Of a DNA stretch of 64,000 nt, positions 1 through 10,716 are shown one piece after another. This stretch comes from Selaginella moellendorffii. Lineage: Eukaryota > Plantae > Lycopodiophyta. Where the stretch lies: assembly GCF_000143415.4 (NCBI RefSeq), contig NW_003314358.1:382731-446730 (forward strand), given 5' to 3'. The position numbers and the translations under genes were made by a program. Position 1 is the stretch's first letter, and each line of letters begins with the position of its first letter. The notes under the pieces were generated by a model. It saw nothing but the letters and a program-made list of their open reading frames with translations. It searched no databases and was not told the DNA's origin.

Positions 1-330
1 ATTTTCATTTAGCTAGCCAAAAGGAAAGCTACCTAAGTCAAGGACTTTCACAATAGGAGTTAAAATTTGTTAAATACACCTTAAAAGAAGGTGAGTTGGA
101 AAGTCCCCTGAAGTACTAGTGAGGAGGTGCTTTTTAAATGCAAAGTTTAGAGTGTGATCATATTAAAATGCCACATCATAATGCATTGAAAGCACACTTT
201 TATTGAACAAGTTCTTGTAGCTAGCCAGCCTCTTCCTAATAAACATTTCTTACTTTTTTGTTTTTGCTTGACCCGGCCTTTGTTGCCATGTTTGGATTTG
301 TTATGCTACAAGTTTACAAACTCTAGCAGT
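1..330. repeat. Diverged direct repeat of ~2400-2770
   Basis: Colinear blocks are shared, e.g. gctagccaa..ggctacct..tcaaggactttcac and aaaatgccacatcataatgcattgaaagcaca..gttcttgtagctagccagcctcttcctaataaaca. Confidence 0.85.
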
Positions 331-428
331 TTTTGTTCAAAGCTATTTGCTTGCAAGTGTTGAAATGCATGAGGTATGTTTATTGTCAATATTCCTGCTC
401 TCACTTAGTTACTGATTTTCTTTTGTAG

Positions 429-1110
429 GGCGCCCCTCCAGAAATAACTGGGACCCCTATGGAAGTGGTTGTTGTTGGATGGTAATCTAGTCTCCGACTT
501 ACCTTTCTTAAGTGCTTTGTTAGCAGCTCAGTGCGAATTTCAAGTAAAGAAAAGTGCAACAGTAACAGAAGTTGATGCATTCAATTTAACCAAAAAGCGC
601 ATGGCAGTGATTGCAAAGTAGATAAATATTGCAGTCTCAGTAGTTGCTTTGCAGACAGAAGATGGAAAAGCATGGATTCATTGGAAAGGTGCTTCAGAAG
701 TTGTATTGGCTCAATGTTCAAACTTTATGGATGAACAAGGGGATGTCAGCCCTTTGACCCCTGAAAATGTTTGTAATGGTGATGCCGCTATGCTGATCTT
801 ATTTTCCCCAGGTGCAAGAGCTACAAGAAATTATTGAGACCTTTGCAAATGCCAACTTGCAAACACTGTGTCTGGCTTGTAAGGAGCTTCCTCAGAATGA
901 GTTTCTTGCACGGCCTCCTAAGAAGCATTTGACTATTGGACCTCACTTGTATAGCTATCGTTGGAATCAAGGATCCATCCAGACTATGTGTTCCTGAAGC
1001 TGTTCAGAAGTGTCAAATTGCTGGCAGTGTTGTGCATGCATTCTTGGCTTATAAAAACCATATTACAGGTCAGGATGGTAATTGGAGACAACATAACAAG
1101 TGTCAAAGCT
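429..1110 (+). pseudogene. P2B-type Ca2+-ATPase (ACA-like) fragment, frameshifted
   Basis: Spliced pieces read [59 protein letters not shown] and VRMVIGDNI (N/P domains). Frameshift near 930; no flanking domains found. Confidence 0.75.
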
Positions 1111-2399
1111 TGAGTGTATAGACAACTATGCTGTATAGCTTTCTTTATTTTTTCATTCTGGTTTTCATTGTTGTAGTACAGTAATATCCATATGATTGTT
1201 AAAGAACAAATCTAATATATTAGAGATTTATACATTATGACATAAAATTATTACTAAAAGACTTTTATTTCAGTTAGTAATAGTTTTTTTGAGAAAATAT
1301 AAAATATATACTATAAGTTTAAATATTATTACATATAGAGAATAATATAATTTAACATACTGACAAATAAACCAAATTAATTATACTTTCAACCATTTAT
1401 GAAAATTGATAGTATTGATGTAGTTTTAGTAAAAGGAAAACTTAAAAAAATATCAAGGTGTTGTCTCGCAATATTGGTTCAGAGCAAATTAAATATTAAG
1501 TACTTATATATATTAATTTATTTTTATAAGTGTTTTTGAGTGTAAATTCAGGTTGTGCAATTCCATTTATAAGATTATCCCATCCTTTTTTATTTATTAT
1601 TATCTATGATTATAAATTATGTAATTTAAGAACTTTAAAATTTTCTAATTCTAAAGGAATAAGTAAAAGGCTTTCTTGGCAAGATGTGAGATGCTCAATT
1701 TGAAATATCCTAAATTATAAATAAACATTATATTAGTTTTATTATTGTAAAGCTTTAAATCTAAAGCTTAATAATTTAATTTACATTTAAGAATCAAATT
1801 TAGTAAGAAAATTAATGAATTCTTTGTTATATTATCTTTGTTTCTATCTTTATATGCTAGTTTAAAGACAAGTGAGGAAACGCTTACTCTTATATATTTT
1901 TAAATAAAAGTAAATGTTGGAATTGAGTGAAATTTTCATTCAAATAAATAGAAATTTATACATTAAGAGCGTTTCCTGGCTACTCCTATTGAAAATGCAA
2001 ACAAAAATGCGTTCACTAGGGAGGTTAAATTTTTATATCATCTCACCTATAAAATAACAAAGGTTCTTTGCGTACTATTACTGATGCCTAAAATGTTTTA
2101 GCTTGAGCAAAAACCCATCCATGAACAATGATTTTACGTTCTTTGGTTCATCTTTCTCTTCTGTATCCCTTGCTATTGTTCTGATGTTGCTATTATGGAT
2201 CTGGAGACCAATTATCATCAGGATCACTATAGCTGTAGGTACGTATGGATATCTACCAGGAGACATATTTGTGCTCCTATCTTCTTAGCTAAGATCTAAG
2301 GTCTTGTGTAAACTCATAGACCAAATCCATTAAGATCTGAGTACATGCAGGAGTTTAGCAACCAGACGTTTTGCATATACATCACCGATTTTCAGAATG

Positions 2400-2770
2400 C
2401 TTCATTTGGCTAGCCAAGAAGAAGGCTACCTAGGTCAAGGACTTTCACGATAGGAGTTAAATTCGTCCAATCAAGAAGGTGAGTTGGAAAGTCCCCGAGG
2501 ATCACAACATTTGGAAGCACTCCTAGTGAGGTAGTGCTTTTTAAAGGTTAGAAAGCAAAGCTTTTAAAAGAAATAACTACTATATATTGTTTTTGTTGTT
2601 TGATCATACTAAAATGCCACATCATAATGCATTGAAAGCACAGTTTTGTTGAACAGGTTCTTGTAGCTAGCCAGCCTCTTCCTAATAAACACCTCTTACT
2701 TTTCTTTTTGCTTGACCCGGCCTTTGTCGCCACGTTTGGATTTTCCGCACTACAAGTTTACAAACTCTAT
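2400..2770. repeat. Diverged direct repeat of ~1-330
   Basis: Same colinear blocks as 1-330, with indels. Confidence 0.85.
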
Positions 2771-3575
2771 GGATTCTTTTGACACCAGCAACTTGCCAAA
2801 GGAGATCCTTTGTTTTTAAAACTCACTTCTTGCGTGAGGGGCGAAAATCGTGCTTGCTTGGGGAAAAGAAAGAAGAAAATCAAGCCTTTCGCGCAATCCT
2901 CTGCATTTTTACCGGTGGAAGAATCCAAGTTCGTCAAAAGCGCGTTCCAATCCTACGCCCCGTGATGCTGTACTGCGGGATTCACTATCTCGTCCGTAAA
3001 TACACACTCCCCGGAATGGAGGAAGAAGACTACATAACGCCACCGATTCCCTTGCTCCCTGTAAGAGACAAAAGCGTTTGGAAGAACTCTCAAAACTGTG
3101 AAAGAAGAAACGAATAAAAAAGAGCGAGAAGCTTACCATTTTGGCTGAGATCACGATGCATTAGATCATAGCGAGCTAAAAAGCCACTGTTCATCCCCCT
3201 GCCTCTCTCATTCCTGGGCTCCTCTTTCTGGATCTCTATCCGATTCGATTGCGAGCGATGGAGGACACGTCTGACTTCAAGCAAGCACACAGCAGCAGGA
3301 GCGCGAAAATTCCGTCCACAGGTGTACTTAAGCTAGTACCTCACTCGCCTTCATAATTCACAAGCAAACAGGTAAAAACGGAACTTTTTGTGGTTGCGTG
3401 CGTACCTCGAGTGCCGGATCTCGCTGCGACACGCTCTTGCGTCCCAGAACAGAGCTCCAAGGACATAGATCCCAGATCTCCAGATTTTCAAGTCCATATC
3501 TCCGACTGGTATAAGAGCGGCAGCTTGCTCTCGGTGTTGGCGCTAAGTTGTAGTCTCTCTCTTCTCCAAAACATC

Positions 3576-5147
3576 ATGATAGTTCTTCCGCGGCGCAGGC
3601 TCAAGAAGAGTGTCAGCTTCTCGTCTCCTCTCGACTATGCTGCTGCCGCTGCCGCTGCCTCGGACACTCACAGCGTTTCCAGCGCCTTGAACTTGCTCCA
3701 CATCAACTTGCAGAAGGGATGCTCCTCGGCGGTGTATCCCTCCTCGGACGCGGAGCGTAGCAGCAGCGACAGGATCCCATCTCCATCCCCATCTCCCTCT
3801 CCGTCAATCGGCTCCCCTTGCGGAAGCCCGATCACCAAGCCGCACAAGTCCAACGACACCGCGTGGGATTATGTCCAGGCTCTGAAGTCCCCGGACGGCA
3901 ACCTCGACATAAGCCACTTCAAGCTGATGCAGCGAGTCGGGGGCGGAGACATCGGCATCGTTTTCCTGGCGGAGCTCGTCAACAGCAGCAGCAGCTACCG
4001 CTTCGCCGTGAAGATCATGGACAAGGAGCACCTGGTGAAGCGGAACAAGCTGTCCAGGATCGCCACCGAGAGGCGGATCCTGGAAATGCTGGACCATCCT
4101 TTCCTCCCGACTCTCTACGGCTCGTTCGAGACCTCCGAGCACGCCTGCTTCGTCATGGATTTTTGTCCCGGTGGAGACCTCCACAAGCTCAGGCAGCGGC
4201 AGCCGAACAAGCGTTTCGACGAGGAGACTGTCAGGTTGGTCTGCTTCGAAAGTTTCTCCACACTCTTTCCCTGAGCTTGATGATTTTCCTGTCACAGGTT
4301 CTACGCGGCAGAGGTGCTCCTGGCGCTCGAGTACTTGCACATGATGGGAGTTGTGTACCGAGATCTCAAGCCCGAAAACGTGCTGGTAAGAGATGACGGC
4401 CACATCATGCTCACAGACTTCGACTTGTCTCTCGAATTCGATGCCGCTCCAAGCATGCTCAAGCCTCATCGCCTTTACGGCTTGAGATCCCCGAGCATGT
4501 CACCGTTTCTATCCTGTGCTAATCCTTCTCCGAATCGAGCGACACCTTCCTGCGTCCCTGCCTCTCTCGCATCACCAAAGTTCCTGAAAAGACACGGATC
4601 ACTTCCAGCTCCAAGAAAACAACCAGAAAGCAGCAACTTGAAGAGAAGTACCTCATCACTGCCGCAGCTCAACGTCGAGCCAGCCCACCTCCGCTCCATG
4701 TCTTTCGTTGGAACTCACGAGTACTTGGCACCGGAGATCATCGCTGGCGGTGGTCACGGCAGCGCTGTAGACTGGTGGACCTTGGGAATCTTCATCTACG
4801 AGCTTCTCTACGGCCACACCCCCTTCAAAGGCACCAACAACGATGCGACGCTCATGAACGCTTTCTCCAAAAGCTTGCTGTTCCCATCGGACGTGGAAGT
4901 CAGCCTCTTTGCAAAGGATCTTATCAAGAGCCTGCTCGCCAAGGACCCCAAAAGGAGGCTTGGTTTCGCGAGAGGAGCTGCGGATATCAAAACGCATAAC
5001 TTCTTCGAGGACATCAACTGGCCTCTCATCCGCTGGTCACAGCCTCCCCTCGTACCAAAGCCTTTCATCAAGAGCACTACACTAAACCAAGCTCAAGAAC
5101 AAAATCCCCAAGACGCTGCTAAAGATCCTAGCTTTGACTGCTTCTAA
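3576..5147 (+). CDS. AGCVIII Ser/Thr kinase (AGC1/D6PK-PID-like), 2 exons, intron 4235-4297
   Basis: KPHKSND, GGGDIG, AVKIMDK, YRDLKPENVL, DFD instead of DFG, large VII-VIII insert, SMSFVGTHEYLAPE, C-terminal FxxF (FDCF). GT-AG intron at the conserved R|FYAAEV position. Confidence 0.93.
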
Positions 5148-5487
5148 CACCTTTGTGTGAAATACGAAAAACTAGAATCCGAGCTCAAAGAGAAAAAAAA
5201 GGGATGGAAACCGACCGGAAAAAGTGTTGAATGCTCTCTCACGCACTGACATAAGAAAAACTTAGATCGAGCTCGAAGGAAAAAAAAAAAACGAATGCGA
5301 AGACCAAGAAAATTAAAAAAATCGTGTCGAATGCTCATCTATCACTTCTCTCATGCAAGAAAAACCCTGAACCCTCGCTTTGTAAGTCTCAAAACAAAGA
5401 ACCAAAAGAAAACTCTCGCCCTTGCAATGCGAAACTTAAACCCTGGATCGCTCAAGAACCAAAAGAAATGCTGGATGGATCGATCAC

Positions 5488-5748
5488 TCACTCGCTTTGC
5501 CGCATCAACGCATCGCGCTCCTTCTTCACGAGCTGCTCGATCTTCGTCCCCTCCAGCCGCTTGGTGAAGCACGCCTGATACTCCTCCCACTCGGCGCCGC
5601 AATCCTCCTTCTTCCACGGCTCCATCTTCTTCACGTACGTCTCCAGATACCACCGATTGAAGCATCGATCGTAGGCGCTACGCGCGGCCTTGCATGGATC
5701 GCCAGATGATCGCCGTGAGGGCGCCGACGATTCTAGCGGCCGCGCCAT
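5488..5748 (-). CDS. MDM35: Mdm35/TRIAP1 (UPF0203) mitochondrial intermembrane-space twin-CX9C protein
   Basis: PCKAARSAYDRCFNRWY...EDCGAEWEEYQAC twin CX9C pattern; 86 aa. Confidence 0.85.
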   Translation of the reverse strand: MARPLESSAPSRRSSGDPCKAARSAYDRCFNRWYLETYVKKMEPWKKEDCGAEWEEYQACFTKRLEGTKIEQLVKKERDALMRQSE

Positions 5749-5833
5749 TAGCCCTAAAATATGGAACGAGAAATGCCATCCTATTTACAAACAAGGAACT
5801 ATCATATCAAAGCATTGGTTCTTCGTTTTTATC

Positions 5834-6513
5834 CTAGTCCTGGACTACAGAATGGACCAAAATGGCCGCCTCGTCTTCCACTGGAACGATCAAAACCACC
5901 AAAGATCTCGACCAAGAACAAACGAAACGAAGAACTCACACGAACCTGTCACGGCGTTTTTCCTCCTGAGATCATCCGAGGAAGCTGGAGCAGCGGCGGC
6001 CTCGGCAGCGGCATTCACAGCCTCTTTCACCGTCTGGACCGACTGAACGATCGTTTCTTCCACCGATTGGACCGAGTGGGCGATGGTGTCTTCCACCGAC
6101 TGGAGCATCGTTTTGGAGTCGGGCTCCTTTGGTAGATCCTGCTGTGGCTGCTGCTTCTCAAAGTCGTCCACCTCGGCACCGATCACTGCGTCCTTCACCG
6201 CTTGCACCGACTGGTTGAAGGAGTCTTCCACCGACTGGAGCAGCGATTTGGAGGCGGGTTCCTTTGGTAAATCCTGCTGGGTCTGCTGCTTCTCGTTGTC
6301 ACCAGAGTCGTCCACCTCGGCACCGATCACTGCGTCCTTCACGGCTTGCACCGACTGGTTGAAGGTGTCCTCGAGAGAATGTCGAATCCTCACGTTGAGC
6401 GGCTCCGCCTCTAAATCCAAATGCTCACCTCCATTCTCACCTCCTTTCGTGCCGGCCTCCGTTTCATCCCTGGCAACGCCTTCTTCTTCCCGTTGGTTCC
6501 CTCCCGGAGCCAT
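5834..6513 (-). CDS. Unknown acidic, hydrophilic repeat protein (LEA-like composition), predicted 2 exons
   Basis: ATG at 6513. Repeats of SVEDSFNQSVQAVKDAVIGAEVDD..EKQQ.QQDLPKEP. A predicted intron ~5939-5881 (gtgagt..ttccag) gives the C-terminus LEDEAAILVHSVVQD*, which resembles the repeat. Confidence 0.6.
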
Positions 6514-6853
6514 TCTCTCCAGCGCTTCTGTGTAGCGGTAGCGGAGCAAAGTGAGCCTCTGGGCGAGAGACGAAAGTTTTTTTTTTCTTTTGCTTTGTTC
6601 GTCTGCAAGAACCAACTAGCTCATCAAATCGAGAAAAAATGATATAGAAAGCAAACCGGGATGTGAGAAAAGAAAGTTTTCTTCAAAGAATGTGCGACGG
6701 CGGCCCTGCCGTTAGAACATGTGGCAGCGACGTGCTCTAGCCGGATTGCCCAGCCATCCGGCGTTTGGGATTCAGCCACGTCGCGTTCATACAAATTATC
6801 AACCCTGATAAGTCAACTAGGCGCGAGTACCCTGCATAAGTCACACGAACAAC

Positions 6854-7814
6854 TCACTCGTGAGTTTGATTGGAAGCAAAGTGAAATACACGTTTGACTT
6901 TCTTCACGAGCAAGAATACCTGATCATATGGACATTTTCGTCGCCGGTGACCCTTCTTGTGCAGCTTCTGCCTCGCGGACTCGCCTTCCTGATGCTGCGC
7001 AAAAGTGAAAAACAAACATTCAAGTTAGGAAAGCGTCAAATTTGAACATTTGCTGCAACACTTACTCCGATGCAAAAGTTTTGGCTGCTGCTAAAACTCT
7101 TGAAGAACGGCTCAACAGGCTCGCAGTAGAATGAAGTCGCATTGGAGCAGCTTGACGAAGAGTACGCTTGCGCACCAAACATGCTACATGGATTGGAACC
7201 CGAGCTTGAGCCTTGCGGTGTGTAACTGTCGACCATTTGATCGAACATATCCTTGAGCTCATTCATGCTACTCTGATTCAGCACAAAAGCACAAACAAGT
7301 GTCAACTTCGTTGTAAAACTGGACCAAAAACTCACAGCTCGTTCGTGTGTACCTTGGAGCTAGTAGACATCATCGCAACCATCTCGCTCATAAAGCCTTG
7401 CATTCCCTGTTTTAAAAAAAAGGGACCGCATTGAGCCGTGTACAAACAAACAACGATAATTCACCTCGTCATCTCCCTCGTCATAAAGTCCGGAATCGTA
7501 AAGAACTCTTTTTTTGTCGTCGGATAGCACTGCGATCATATCGTCCATTGAGCAAGCCAATCTTCTAGAGCCCATACCTGAATAAGCTTCTTGAATGCCC
7601 TGGAACTTCGCCTTCGCTTGATCCTCTAAAGAGTGTTGCTTATCTGGATGCCATTTCTGCGATTCATCCAAAGAAAAAGAGCAAAATCAGTAAGATGGTA
7701 CACAAAAAATCCATATACCATGGCGAGCTTCCGATAAGCGGAGCGAATTTCCGAGCTAGAACTCGACTTTTGGACACCAAGAACAGTGTAGGGATCCTCT
7801 TTCCTCTTCTCCAT
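6854..7814 (-). CDS. Type III J-domain (DnaJ) protein, multi-exon
   Basis: DPYTVLGV..EIRSAYRKLAM|KWHPDK..AKAKFQGIQEAYS|VLSDDKKRVLYDSG, then GMQGFMSEM and NFCIG. The 3' end is approximate. Confidence 0.85.
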
Positions 7815-8218
7815 AATCTACCTATCTATGTCCGCTAGTTCCTAGTATCTTACACCGAAACTCTAGAATCGAGACTCTAGATCCACCGAAAATCCGAGAA
7901 AGCAACTTAGAAATCACGCTGCCAGGCGCCGCGCCAGCGCAAATGCTCCAGCCGTGCCAATCCACACGCCCTTGTCGCGCCGGCTAGCTGGAACAGCCGA
8001 TCGACCTCGTCGAGAACCTCCAACCCTATCCCGCCAGGGTTTTTGGCGCCCATCTCTTCCCGATGATGCATCGCGCAGCTGTTGGAAGCCTCTAGAAGAA
8101 AGAAAATGATGCCAGCATGTCATCTTTGTCCACCGTGGTGGCGCGCAAACACCGCGCGCGGTGGCGGCGTGGTGGCAGGATCCACCGTCCATTTTCAAAT
8201 CCGGATTAGGAACCTTCC

Positions 8219-10510
8219 CTAGATTCCCCAATCGCAGCCGTCGGCGCCAGGCGTACGGACGGGTCCCATTCCCCTGTAAATATCCGATACTAGGACGTAC
8301 GAACCGGGCGAGGTGGGATTCGATCCCAGGACGTCCTGCCCAATGCGTGTCGCGCGCTCGGTATCGCCGTGAGCCTTGCAAGCGCCCAGCAAGGAATTCC
8401 ACGCCACCACGCGATCCACCGGCGTGGGGATGGAATTGACGAGCTCCTCGGCCTCGTCCAGGAGTTTCAATCGCCCCAAAAGATCTACAAAACAGCAGTA
8501 GTGATCCCCGGCCGGCTCGATCCCGTGATCCAATCTCATCGACAAGAAGAAATCCCTGGCGATTGCCATCAAACCCGAGTGGCTGAATCCCGTGAGAATT
8601 CCCAAAAAACTTATCGAATTCGATGCCAGGCCCTCGAGCAGCATCCGCCCAAACAGCTCGATCGCGCTCTCGTGATGCCCGGAGTGGGCATGCGCGGTGA
8701 TTATAAGATTCCACAGCGAAACATCGCAGAGTGGAAGCGCGCGAAAGAGTTCCCGGCTCTCGGCCATATGCCCAAACCGGGCATATCCCTGGATCATCGA
8801 TACCCACGATATTCTATCGTGAACGGGCATGAGCTCAAAAGATTCCTTCGCGTACTTGATATGCCCGGCTTGGGCATATCCCACAATCATAGAGGTCCAT
8901 GTCACGCAGTCCCTCTGGGGCATGGTATCAAACACGAATCTAGCATCGCTCATGAGATTATTCTGGCTATACACGGCCAACATTGAGTTCCAGGTGACGA
9001 GATTCCGGAATGGAATCAACTGGAAGAGAATATTCGCATCTTTTACTCTTCCTGCCTTGGAATATCCGCTGATCAGCGAGGACCAAGGGAGCTCGCTCCT
9101 CTCGGGGGTTTTATCAAAGAGCTCTTTCGCATCTTCCAGCAGCCCTAATTGGCAGTAGGCTGCTACAAGGCTATTGCTCGACACGGGATCTTTCTCTGGC
9201 ATTCTCTCAAACATCGCCTTTGCACTAGGAATGTCCCCGCTCTGGGCATATGCGTTGAGAAGAATGTTCCATGTCACCTGGTTGTGCTCGGGGATGGCAT
9301 GGAATATCTCCTCGGCGTCCCGAACATTCCCGGAATCTCCAAACGCCTGCAGCATAAAGATTCTAGGCATCAGCCCGTGCTCTGGCATCTGGACGTATAT
9401 GCTTTTGGCATCTTCAAGATGCCCAGACTGGGCATACACATGCAAAAGCATATGCCAGGCAAAGGCATCTCGTATCTCCATCTGGTCAAAGAGCTTTCTA
9501 GATTCTTGCACGGACGCCAGCTGGCCATGGGCCCTGATCATCGTGGTAAAAGTTATAGAATCCCAGTAAGGCATTCTTGTAAAGGCCAATTTACACCTTA
9601 AGAATTCTCCAGCCTGGGCAATTGCCGAGACCATGGTATTCCAAGTAACTTCCGTTCGCTGCGGTAAAAATTCGAAACGATTCCACGCATCTTGGTAAAA
9701 TCCTCCCTGCGAAAGCCCTAGCAAGAGGCAATTCCAAGAGACTACGTTCCAGGAAGGCATCATCTCAAACACGCCAATCGAATCTTCCAGATGCCCTCTC
9801 TCGGCAAAGGCGTTGATCATCGTGTTGAAGGAGACGACGTCTCGCTGCTCCATTCGATCGAACAGTCCCTTGGATCCGGCCAGATCGCTGGAATTGGACA
9901 GCGCTCGCAGCATCGCGGTGGAGGAGATGAGATCCAACGCCGACATTCGCTCAAACGCCTCGATCGCGCGGGCCAGATCGCCAGCGCCGATGTATGCGTT
10001 GATCAGGCTGCTCCACGACGAGGCGTCCTTGGCAGGGATTCTCGCGAAGATGGCCTCGGAGCTCGCGAGGTCTCCAATCCGGGCGTGCGCGGCCAGCATC
10101 GTGTTCCAAGTCACGCCGTCGCGATGTTCCATCTTCTCGAAGACTTCCCTCGCCAGATCGATCCTCCCGGCCCTGGCGTAGGCGCAGATCACCACATTCC
10201 ACGCGACGAGGCTCTGGCGAGGAGCTCGCGGGAGGAGTACTCTCGCGGCATCCACGAATCCATTGTGCGCATAGGCCGTGACGATCGCGTTCCAGGAGAA
10301 GGAATTCGGCTCCTGGATCGCGTCGAACACACACTGGCACTCGTCGACGCGGCCGCATTTGGCGTAGGCGTGGATGAGCGCGTTGGCGACGAATCGATCG
10401 CCGCGGAGCGCATCGCTGTGGAGGATCTTCGCGTGGAGCGATCGGAGCTTGGGCAAATCCGCGGCACTAACACAGCTTCTTATGAGACACACGATTCCAT
10501 ATTCTCGCAT
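8219..10510 (-). CDS. PLS-class PPR protein with E domain (organellar RNA editing factor-like), intronless, 763 aa
   Basis: Many ~31-35 aa repeats (VSWNTMLAAYAQ.G..A..FE.MP type), then DHYCCFVDLLGR..AWNSLLGACKAHGD..SYVLVSDIY. No DYW domain. Confidence 0.93.
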   Translation of the reverse strand: MREYGIVCLIRSCVSAADLPKLRSLHAKILHSDALRGDRFVANALIHAYAKCGRVDECQCVFDAIQEPNSFSWNAIVTAYAHNGFVDAARVLLPRAPRQSLVAWNVVICAYARAGRIDLAREVFEKMEHRDGVTWNTMLAAHARIGDLASSEAIFARIPAKDASSWSSLINAYIGAGDLARAIEAFERMSALDLISSTAMLRALSNSSDLAGSKGLFDRMEQRDVVSFNTMINAFAERGHLEDSIGVFEMMPSWNVVSWNCLLLGLSQGGFYQDAWNRFEFLPQRTEVTWNTMVSAIAQAGEFLRCKLAFTRMPYWDSITFTTMIRAHGQLASVQESRKLFDQMEIRDAFAWHMLLHVYAQSGHLEDAKSIYVQMPEHGLMPRIFMLQAFGDSGNVRDAEEIFHAIPEHNQVTWNILLNAYAQSGDIPSAKAMFERMPEKDPVSSNSLVAAYCQLGLLEDAKELFDKTPERSELPWSSLISGYSKAGRVKDANILFQLIPFRNLVTWNSMLAVYSQNNLMSDARFVFDTMPQRDCVTWTSMIVGYAQAGHIKYAKESFELMPVHDRISWVSMIQGYARFGHMAESRELFRALPLCDVSLWNLIITAHAHSGHHESAIELFGRMLLEGLASNSISFLGILTGFSHSGLMAIARDFFLSMRLDHGIEPAGDHYCCFVDLLGRLKLLDEAEELVNSIPTPVDRVVAWNSLLGACKAHGDTERATRIGQDVLGSNPTSPGSYVLVSDIYRGMGPVRTPGADGCDWGI

Positions 10511-10716
10511 AATATTTTCTTCCAGGGCTTAGGGTTCTTCCGTCATGGTCGAAGGCGCGCGCTCCATCGCGAAAGAACCCACGCGTCCTCGACCGCAATC
10601 CAGGATTCCAGCGTCGTGGGAGCTAGCTCCATAGCGAGGTAATCGTTTCTTCCTGGGAGATTTCGGGAGATTTCCCATCATCGACACAAGAAAGACTCAA
10701 GAACAAGAAAGAAAGA

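Noticed and set aside
1140-2040. AT-rich tract as a possible gene relic
   Set aside because: No convincing motif in any frame.
3390-3575. GTG-initiated N-terminal extension of the kinase
   Set aside because: Artefact of alternative start codons in the ORF track; the first ATG is at 3576.
8080-8230. Heat-shock-element-like GAAnnTTC motifs upstream of the J-protein
   Set aside because: Imperfect and too short to distinguish from chance.
7914-10642. Long overlapping ORFs (7914-8807, 8369-8986, 9791-10642)
   Set aside because: Shadow frames of the GC-rich PPR gene with no recognisable motifs.
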